DNA of 64,000 nucleotides from Candidatus Heimdallarchaeota archaeon (GTDB lineage Archaea > Asgardarchaeota > Heimdallarchaeia > Hodarchaeales > Hodarchaeaceae): contig RDOB01000003.1 in NCBI GenBank assembly GCA_011364965.1, forward strand, positions 368,939 to 432,938, read 5' to 3'. A program made the position numbers and the translations under genes. The notes beneath the pieces are model-generated. The model searched no databases and was not told the DNA's origin. It was given only the letters and a program-made list of their open reading frames with translations. Each line of letters starts with the position of its first letter. The first letter of the stretch is position 1. This document shows positions 1 to 7,279 of the stretch, piece after piece.

Positions 1-369
1 ATCCTCCTCTTCCCCTATAGCTTTTAGTTCTGCTGTACCTCCTAGCCCCACGCCAAGAATAAATCTTCCGTTAGAAAGTCTATCTATTGTAATTGTCTCT
101 CGTGCTATTATCATTGGTCTTCTTCTTGCCAAAGGCGTCACTGTTGTACCAATGGCGATATTATTAGTTTGAGTTGCTATAGCAGACAATATAATCCATG
201 GATCCAATACATCCTCATCGTTTGTCCACGGTAGGAACACATGATCCCATAAGAAGAACCCATCCCAGCCATTTTCTTCTCCGCTTTTAGCTAAATGGAT
301 ATAATCTTGAGGATTACTTGTAATTCCATGATTAGCAATATAGATGCCGAATTTTACTTTCTTACTCAA
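1..369 (-). CDS. LLM-class (luciferase-like) flavin-dependent oxidoreductase, 5' part; runs off the window edge
   Basis: Not in the ORF track. My translation from TTG at 369 gives MSKKVKFGIYIANHG...GWDGFFLWDH...DPWIILSAIA...IGTTVTPLARRRP...IDRLSNGRFILGVGLG, which are typical LLM monooxygenase motifs. Confidence 0.9.
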   Translation of the reverse strand, partial: MSKKVKFGIYIANHGITSNPQDYIHLAKSGEENGWDGFFLWDHVFLPWTNDEDVLDPWIILSAIATQTNNIAIGTTVTPLARRRPMIIARETITIDRLSNGRFILGVGLGGTAELKAIGEEED

Positions 370-737
370 GTATAACGCCAAAAATAATACAAATTGGGTC
401 TTTAAAAACATAATAATTGAGGTAAAACTATTTCTTAGGAGGAGGGATATTTCATGACCCCTTCCTTCAATTCTCGTGGTATATACAGGGCTAATAATTA
501 TGGAGCTGCAATGCCATGAAACTACCAATCACCAATAATATGAACGGATAATTATACCAGAGATCAAGTTAGTACTGTTACAGTGTTCGATACTGTCGAT
601 GAAAGAGGTAAAGAGACAACTGACGATTTAGGATGGAAACGAAATGCCAGCTATATGAATTTGATAGAGAATAGTTAAATGACCAATATTCAGGAACAGA
701 ATAAGATCAAAAAAATTTATTGTTTCGATAAGCATTT

Positions 738-1016
738 TGATACGCTCCAAGTGGAGTGATGTGGAGCATTTCCACCCCCTTTGTTCCCCTGTGATCACTA
801 TATTATTTGGTTCTGCGTGTCGTGAGCTGAGCTATTTCTTGATATATGAAAGTGTAAGAAAGTTACACCTCTTATCCGTTGACGACCTCAACACAAAGAT
901 ATCTGCTCCTTTCTGGCTGTAACAAGTATTGGTCCTTTTATCCAATGTAATAATGAATTCTACGTTTCTGTGAACGTTCTGAAGCCTTCAGAGGGAACTT
1001 CACATCCTTTGCATCA
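738..1016 (-). ncRNA. Candidate structured non-coding RNA of unknown family
   Basis: At least six stem-loops plus a closing helix (UGAUGC/GUAUCA on the minus strand). Mismatches on the plus strand become G-U pairs on the minus strand. No convincing ORF. Confidence 0.3.
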
Positions 1017-1035
1017 GGAGAAATATATTTAAACT

Positions 1036-1063
1036 ATGTGTTGACAGATATTCATCAACACAT
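1036..1063. promoter_or_regulatory. Perfect inverted repeat ATGTGTTGA-N10-TCAACACAT, putative operator
   Basis: Lies just downstream of a TATA-like TTTAAA (1028-1033) and upstream of a wHTH gene. Confidence 0.55.
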
Positions 1064-1136
1064 TGACACATTCTATAACCGCAATTTACGCATGATTCCT
1101 CTCCTTGTTGATGTGTATACCTGTATGGTGTCTAAA

Positions 1137-1391
1137 ATGGCAATAGCTGACCAAACCAAACCACTTGATGAGTCTTTCACTCCTAACTTGTCTCATCTTC
1201 CCAAATCGGCTCAAGAAGTCTATTCACTTCTTCGTATTAATGGGGCGCTGAAACCAGGGGAAATTGGTAATTATACCAGATTATCTAATCGAACTATTCG
1301 CTATGCTTTGAAAATCTTGGTGGATGACCTCTTAATCAAGCGCGTACCAGATTTACATGACTTACGTTCGCATTATTATTCACTTAATTAG
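1137..1391 (+). CDS. Small winged-helix DNA-binding protein (TrmB/ArsR-like)
   Basis: LPKSAQEVYSLL..GALKPGEI...LSNRTIRYALKILVDDLLIKRVPDLHDLRSHYYSL has a wHTH pattern. ATG 1137 follows a GGTG SD; 1125 is an alternative start. The ORF-track start at 1038 is probably too long. Confidence 0.8.
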   Translation: MAIADQTKPLDESFTPNLSHLPKSAQEVYSLLRINGALKPGEIGNYTRLSNRTIRYALKILVDDLLIKRVPDLHDLRSHYYSLN

Positions 1392-1417
1392 CTTACTCAG
1401 TGCTTGGTACAATAGAT

Positions 1418-1525
1418 AAAGGCTTCGGTGAGACAATGTGGTGTAAGTAATTATTTGTGGGTTAGAATTACCTTCACCGACTTCTTTCGCGGGTTCCTCT
1501 AGAATTATCCCGAAGCCTTTTTATT
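1418..1525 (+). promoter_or_regulatory. Long stem-loop with alternative pairings followed by a T-run (terminator/attenuator-like)
   Basis: AAAGGCTTCGG (1418-1428) pairs with CCGAAGCCTTT (1510-1520). The overlapping TCGGTGA (1425-1431) pairs with TCACCGA (1474-1480). Confidence 0.4.
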
Positions 1526-1565
1526 TGATGATCATCAACAGCATTATTGACAACAAAATTTTATA

Positions 1566-2180
1566 TTGGTAAAGGTATTTCATTTGACAATCAGGCCAAA
1601 TAATTCCGATACGGATGAATCGTTTGCCAATTCTTCACGGTCTAAGCCTGATAACACTCTTCAGTATATGATTAATCTTCAAAAAGATTTGAAGACTGCT
1701 GCTGATAGTTTACGCTTGGAACTCCTTGGAATTCACAAAGAAATTGAAGAAATAAAAGCTACTGTAAGTGTACTCAAGGATTCGATTGAATATTTATGTG
1801 ATCGAAAAGCTCTAGAAAAGCCAGGCGATGATACCGTTGGCGCTATTACTTCCGGTCTTGATCTTCTACAAAAAGCCCCTCAGCATCTTCGTCGCACTTT
1901 ACAAGTCATGGTTCAGCTAAATAGTGCGACTGCAAGTCAAGTTGCTCGTCGAACTGGCAAAAGTCGCTCACTTGAAAGTGATTATCTGAACCAACTGGAA
2001 CGTTTGGGAATTTTGAGTCGAAAAGATGATACAGGAAAACATGTTATCTTCGTTCATGAAAGAACTCGTTCTGAAGAAGCTGATGAGGAAAATGAGGAAA
2101 ATGAAAGGAATAATGATGAAGATAGTACGAGGGAAAAAATTCAACAAATGCAACAAACTGCACGTGATGCACGACAATAA
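1566..2180 (+). CDS. Coiled-coil plus C-terminal winged-helix protein with acidic tail
   Basis: Heptad-like segment LQKDLKTAADSLRLELLGIHKEIEEIKATVSVLKDSIEYL, then wHTH ATASQVARRTGKSRSLESDYLNQLERLGIL. Start uncertain. Confidence 0.75.
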   Translation: MVKVFHLTIRPNNSDTDESFANSSRSKPDNTLQYMINLQKDLKTAADSLRLELLGIHKEIEEIKATVSVLKDSIEYLCDRKALEKPGDDTVGAITSGLDLLQKAPQHLRRTLQVMVQLNSATASQVARRTGKSRSLESDYLNQLERLGILSRKDDTGKHVIFVHERTRSEEADEENEENERNNDEDSTREKIQQMQQTARDARQ

Positions 2181-2240
2181 ACTTATTTATATAAACTAAT
2201 TTAATTGTTTTTAGAACTTTTAATATAGAGGTGTTTTTAT

Positions 2241-3035
2241 ATGAAAATAATTAGTTTCCACAGTTATAAAGGTGGGACTGGCAAGACGCATCTTTCTGCT
2301 AACCTAGCAACCATTTTAGCACGCAAAGGGTTTAAAACAGCGATTCTTGACTTAGATTTTCGGGGACCCAACCTTCAGACTTTATGTGGAATTGAATCTG
2401 AAGTTACTATCAATGATTTGCTATTTGATCCCGATTTAACTGGTCAAGATATTTTAGTCTCTTTTGAAGATCAATATAAAATTCCGTTATTTGCCGCTTT
2501 CGCATCTACTGACTTTCGCAAGATGGGAGACATTGTTAGAGCTGATAAAAAGCAACGTCAGCGGTCCTTGAAGCGTATCTTACGATTACGTGACGAACTA
2601 AGTGAAAATGGGTTTGATTATACCATTATTGATACTAGTCCAGGTGTCCAAATGGAATCTATTGATGGTCTAGTTATCTCCGATGCTACCTGTTTAGTCC
2701 TTAAAGCTGATGATTTTGATATTAGTGGAACTAAGAGTATGGTTACTCAACTCTACTCGCTACTTGATAGTAAAAACTATGTTGTACTCAATCGAGTTGT
2801 CGCTGAAACTTGTCCTCCTGAAGAGGGGGTCTGGAGTAGTGCTGATCTCAAACTTGTAGAAAAATTTGAGAAAACTATTAAGGATGAAATGCGTATGGAC
2901 GTCATTACCTCCATTCCATGTTTCTGTGAAGTTGCTCGGGAAGGGTCACGCAATATTTTTAGTTTGAAGCATCCCGAACACCCTTTCAGTCAATATATCG
3001 AAAAATTAGGGAATGCATTACTCAAAGGATTGTAA
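2241..3035 (+). CDS. MinD/ParA-family ATPase
   Basis: Deviant Walker A KGGTGKT, A' LDLD, Walker B IIDTSPG, VLNRV. GAGGTG SD upstream. Confidence 0.92.
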   Translation: MKIISFHSYKGGTGKTHLSANLATILARKGFKTAILDLDFRGPNLQTLCGIESEVTINDLLFDPDLTGQDILVSFEDQYKIPLFAAFASTDFRKMGDIVRADKKQRQRSLKRILRLRDELSENGFDYTIIDTSPGVQMESIDGLVISDATCLVLKADDFDISGTKSMVTQLYSLLDSKNYVVLNRVVAETCPPEEGVWSSADLKLVEKFEKTIKDEMRMDVITSIPCFCEVAREGSRNIFSLKHPEHPFSQYIEKLGNALLKGL

Positions 3036-3058
3036 ACAAAGATAAAAAAGAATGGGTG

Positions 3059-3080
3059 AGGGAATTTCATTCCCTTTTTA
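3059..3080. terminator. Hairpin plus T-tract between convergent genes
   Basis: AGGGAAT-TTC-ATTCCCT followed by TTTT. Confidence 0.55.
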
Positions 3081-3086
3081 ATTGCG

Positions 3087-3770
3087 TTAGACAAACCGGC
3101 CGTTGGATAATTGGTGACTAGCATCAGCATAGCGTTTTAGATCTTCATTGTGTGTTACCACAAGAATTGACGTGTCTCTTTTTGTAAAGCTCTTTAACAA
3201 TCGCATTATAGAGGCGGCATTATCCGTATCGAGATTACCTGTAGGTTCATCTGCAAAGATGATTCGGGGTTTACCCACTAATGCGCGTGCTATGCCTATT
3301 CGTTGTTGTTCTCCTCCGCTTAGCTCATCAGGATAGTTATCTACCTTATCCCATAAACCAACTTGTTTAAGCAAGGAAATTGCCCGCATTCGGATCTCTT
3401 TTGATTTGATCTTCCGTGGATAGAGTGGACACTCGATATTTTCTAATGCAGTTTGTGTTCGGATCAGCTCCCAGTTCTGGAAGATAAATCCGACATTTTC
3501 CTGTCTAAATTTCGATAAACGTTCTTCTTCCCAATCTGCAATATTTTCATCCTCATAGATTACTTTTCCTTCTGTTGGCATATCTAAACCTGATAGGACA
3601 TTTAGCAAAGTGGATTTTCCAGATCCCGATGGTCCTGTCACTAATACCATTTTTGCTCTGGGTATTTGTAAATCTATCGCGTTTAGTGCCATTACTACTT
3701 CCTGTTTTCCTCGGATGTATTCCTTTGAAAGATTTCTTGCTTCAATTAAAATATCACTCATTTGTACCAC
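3087..3770 (-). CDS. ABC transporter ATP-binding subunit (LolD/MacB type)
   Basis: [31 protein letters not shown]. Confidence 0.95.
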   Translation of the reverse strand: MVQMSDILIEARNLSKEYIRGKQEVVMALNAIDLQIPRAKMVLVTGPSGSGKSTLLNVLSGLDMPTEGKVIYEDENIADWEEERLSKFRQENVGFIFQNWELIRTQTALENIECPLYPRKIKSKEIRMRAISLLKQVGLWDKVDNYPDELSGGEQQRIGIARALVGKPRIIFADEPTGNLDTDNAASIMRLLKSFTKRDTSILVVTHNEDLKRYADASHQLSNGRFV

Positions 3771-3781
3771 CTCACTTTTGC

Positions 3782-5008
3782 CTACCGATCTTTAAAGATC
3801 TCTATCGGTCTAACTGATAACGTTCTAAACGTGATTATGAAAAATCCAGGTACACAAGACAACACTACTGCTATGAATGACCAGAATGCAGTTGGGGAAA
3901 ACGCTATGAGATAAAAGTATGCTGAATCTCGAGACGCAGGATTCCATACATACAATTGAATAGCTAATAATCCTATCAAAAATCCTGAAATAGATACTAC
4001 GAGGATTTCCGCCAGTACTACGATTCTTACATCCCATTTACCGTATCCCATCGCTTTCAAAACAGCTACTTCTCGTCTTCGGAAACGTGTAATTAAGTAT
4101 GAATACAAAGTACTCACCATAAAGGTTCCAAAGATACCAAAAAGAAGAGAGAGAAATGTCATGTTCCGACTATCGTCTTTATTCTCTTTACGTGTATAAA
4201 TTGGCTCATTATAATCAGTTGAATCTAAGCTGTTTAGCTGAGAAGCTAATGCGTCAACATTGTCGTATGCTGCTCCTGAAAAAATATCCCCACTTGCAAT
4301 CACTGAAATTGAGTAAATATAGATTTCAAATGTTCTATAATCCAGATGATCACCATCTACTACTATTGAGAATGCATCTTCCGTCAATATTATCCATTCC
4401 AGATCATCACTTTTAACTGTAGATGGATCTGGCTTTCGGAATATACCTGAAATTCTTAGATCGAATGTTGCATCCTCTGAGACGCCTAATTTCAAGGTAG
4501 TTCCCACCACTGGCTTAGTATATATACTCAAACCATCTTGAGTATCACTCAACGCTAGTAAGACCTCTTCTGATACCAATACTTCGCGGTCAGAGGATGG
4601 ATAATGTCCCGCGATTAGATTATCAGGTTTAATTTCACTAAAACCCCACTGATATTGAGGATTAACGCTGAATATACGCAAGTCAGGGCCAAAGTTAACA
4701 TATTTATAAAATATCACAGCTTCGGAACCCGGAAGTCGTTCCCCATCGGTAATATCCAAATCTGTCTGGGCGTCTTCAAGGGATACCCGGTCTGTTAAGC
4801 TAAATGGATCTCTAACCTTAACTACTACTCCCCTATGATCCAGCATTCCTTCACGTGAGAAACTATCAAAGAAACTGAGCATAACAATGGTAGCTCCACT
4901 TAGGATACTGAATACTAGGACGAAAGTAAAGAATCGGCGACGGGATCGGGTGCTAAACACCATAGATTTTACTATCAATTTATATAATCCCATTTTCGTT
5001 GACTCCAA
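3782..5008 (-). CDS. FtsX/MacB-type ABC permease
   Basis: N-terminal TM, large extracytoplasmic domain, RRREVAVLKAMG motif, three C-terminal TMs; adjacent to the ABC ATPase. Confidence 0.9.
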   Translation of the reverse strand: MESTKMGLYKLIVKSMVFSTRSRRRFFTFVLVFSILSGATIVMLSFFDSFSREGMLDHRGVVVKVRDPFSLTDRVSLEDAQTDLDITDGERLPGSEAVIFYKYVNFGPDLRIFSVNPQYQWGFSEIKPDNLIAGHYPSSDREVLVSEEVLLALSDTQDGLSIYTKPVVGTTLKLGVSEDATFDLRISGIFRKPDPSTVKSDDLEWIILTEDAFSIVVDGDHLDYRTFEIYIYSISVIASGDIFSGAAYDNVDALASQLNSLDSTDYNEPIYTRKENKDDSRNMTFLSLLFGIFGTFMVSTLYSYLITRFRRREVAVLKAMGYGKWDVRIVVLAEILVVSISGFLIGLLAIQLYVWNPASRDSAYFYLIAFSPTAFWSFIAVVLSCVPGFFIITFRTLSVRPIEIFKDR

Positions 5009-5277
5009 TAAGTTTAATTTTGTGCTTGATCATATTTTTAGTTTATAAAATGAATTAGTTAAGTCTATGCAATTAGAAACTTAAATTACATTTTGTTTCT
5101 TTTTATTCTTTCTTTACTACTGTGTACTTCCTGAATCAATACGGTTTCTTAAAAGAATCCTTTTACAACGAAGGTGAATTTCTAGAACTATAAGCCTTCA
5201 TAAGTTACTTCCATTAGTGTATTTATTACGTGAATTTTAATCCTATCTCTTGAAGAAATACTACTACTTGGTTTGGT

Positions 5278-7269
5278 TTAATTTTTTTTTAATCCTAATT
5301 GGATTCTTTTGGTCCATTTCTTAAAATTTAAAAGTAGCTTATACTCATGGAATACGCTTATAATTATTAGAGTCAAATTTACAAGAAATGCACTAAAAAT
5401 AAGCGATAAATGCTGCTCCTGATATTCTAGTACTAATTCTGATGAAGTCACATTTTTTACTTGGATGAATCCAATTTCATCTTCTCGTTCCAGATTCCAT
5501 GTCTTATTACCTCTGATCTTCCAACTAGGATGATGAGCGACCTTTATAAGAAGATCAACTGATGTATTTGTGCTAGATATTAATATGCGAATCTGAGTGG
5601 GACTTTCATATGTTAATTGTGCATTTCCAGTAGGAAAGACATCAACCAAAGATATATTCCGAGAAGTTTCCCATAATAGTTTACTTTGGTCTGGATCAAG
5701 TGTTACTAGTTGCCAGTGTGATTCTATGAATAATGAGTAATCCCCTTTTCCTGTAAACATCCATTTTACTCCATATTTTTCAGGAAAGTGAATGATATCG
5801 TTGATCGTGTCTGGATCAGGTCGATATTTCGACGAACTCGGGGGAGGATCCCTAAACCAACTTAAACGACATCCAGGAGGATTCCATCCATCAAAATACG
5901 GTTTATTGGTTAATATAGGAAGATATGCCATATGATCTCCCTGATAACCTTTGGGACAGACATAGTAAAATCCTTCCCGACTTTTCAGGTCTTCAGCAAG
6001 TGGTTCTAAATCCAACCAATGATCATCATCGAATTGCAAGTAACCAAAATTAATAATCCCATTATGAGCTTCAGCAAGCGGTAACAAAATGATGATAGTC
6101 ATTATGAACACTGTTCCTTTATGTTCAATTCCTCTAACGCATAGAACTATGAGTAATAGCTGTGAAACTAATATGAATCGGAGTACGTCCATTCCTCTAA
6201 ATGCTAGGGGAAGAAGTTCATTTGTTTCTTTATAAAAGAGAAAGAACCCAGTGATAATTATGAATAAGGTTGCTATAAACAAACTAATTTCTTTGGATTG
6301 AATTTTTTTTACCCAAATAGAACAAGCAAATAATCCAAGGAACATAAATACATAAAGGCTTATATAATTATAGATAAAATCCCGAAGAACTCGTAAAACC
6401 CAGTATAAACCTCCAGGTCCATCTGTAAAGCTAACCAAAGACCCTGAGCTAAGCATTATGAGATTAATTGGTTCTTGAAAAAATTGAGGCATTAAAAGAA
6501 AAACCCACAGAAACGGTATTACCCAGATTCCTACCTTTTTTGTATAGAAATAAACTTCTGTTTTAGCAAGTACTTTTCTTCTTTCATTAATTGTCTCTCC
6601 TTGATAAATTAAATACATTCTTTTAAGTAATTGTGCGGTCTCAGTGGCTCCTACTATCACGATTAGGAATCCAAATATCATATAATGTGTAATACTTAAC
6701 AAGCATGCTAAACTGATAGTACTAAAGCTCCTCCCTGCATAATAGCAACAGAGACATAGACCTAGGAGTGCTAATCCTAATTGAGTTGGTGCACGAGAAT
6801 AAAACATAAAATTTATGTTTAATGAGGGTAATGTCATAATGAATAATGCGGCAAAAAACCCACTTGGCACAGATCTATTCAAGAGGATTAATATGAAATA
6901 TACACTCATAGATATAATCAGATGGCACATTATTAGTAAGCTTACGTACGCTAAATCTATAGGAATTACCAAACTCATTAACCATAGGATGAATGTTGTT
7001 CCTGGGGCGTATTGATCTAAGAATGCAGTTCCAGTATACCATAATGGATTCCATTCACCAGCTAGTCCAAATTCTTTTAGAAACGCTATCCGAAATAGGT
7101 GAGCACTAAAATCTATGCCTGCAGGTCTAGAAGTTAAAAATGGGAGATAAATCCAACTCCATATTATTGTTATTAATGAAAGCGCTAGGATATGGGGATA
7201 GATTCCTATTTTCAAGCGCAGAAATTGCTTTTCTCTCTTTGAAATACTTTTCTCTCTTATTTCAAGCAT
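5278..7269 (-). CDS. Polytopic membrane protein, GT-C-like (YfhO/PTPS-related membrane family)
   Basis: GIDFSAH...WNPLWYTG...YAP first loop, about 12 TMs, extracytoplasmic domain ending KVAHHPSW, then a final TM. Confidence 0.65.
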   Translation of the reverse strand: MLEIREKSISKREKQFLRLKIGIYPHILALSLITIIWSWIYLPFLTSRPAGIDFSAHLFRIAFLKEFGLAGEWNPLWYTGTAFLDQYAPGTTFILWLMSLVIPIDLAYVSLLIMCHLIISMSVYFILILLNRSVPSGFFAALFIMTLPSLNINFMFYSRAPTQLGLALLGLCLCCYYAGRSFSTISLACLLSITHYMIFGFLIVIVGATETAQLLKRMYLIYQGETINERRKVLAKTEVYFYTKKVGIWVIPFLWVFLLMPQFFQEPINLIMLSSGSLVSFTDGPGGLYWVLRVLRDFIYNYISLYVFMFLGLFACSIWVKKIQSKEISLFIATLFIIITGFFLFYKETNELLPLAFRGMDVLRFILVSQLLLIVLCVRGIEHKGTVFIMTIIILLPLAEAHNGIINFGYLQFDDDHWLDLEPLAEDLKSREGFYYVCPKGYQGDHMAYLPILTNKPYFDGWNPPGCRLSWFRDPPPSSSKYRPDPDTINDIIHFPEKYGVKWMFTGKGDYSLFIESHWQLVTLDPDQSKLLWETSRNISLVDVFPTGNAQLTYESPTQIRILISSTNTSVDLLIKVAHHPSWKIRGNKTWNLEREDEIGFIQVKNVTSSELVLEYQEQHLSLIFSAFLVNLTLIIISVFHEYKLLLNFKKWTKRIQLGLKKN

Positions 7270-7279
7270 GGATTCCCCC

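Noticed and set aside
737-922. 61-aa ORF from the track
   Set aside because: No SD or recognisable motif, and it overlaps the stem-rich segment.
738-1016. Resemblance to a T-box leader (GGGUGGAA, GGUGUAA), RNase P RNA (GAAGUUCC, ACAGAAAC) or SRP helix 8 (CAGCCAGAAAGGAGCAG) on the minus strand
   Set aside because: The T-box ACC and antiterminator A1 pairing are missing, the RNase P P4 strands are not complementary, and there is no SRP Alu domain or long helix 5. Kept only as an unknown structured segment.
2085-2123. GAGGAAAAT tandem repeat
   Set aside because: It simply encodes the acidic low-complexity tail of the wHTH protein.
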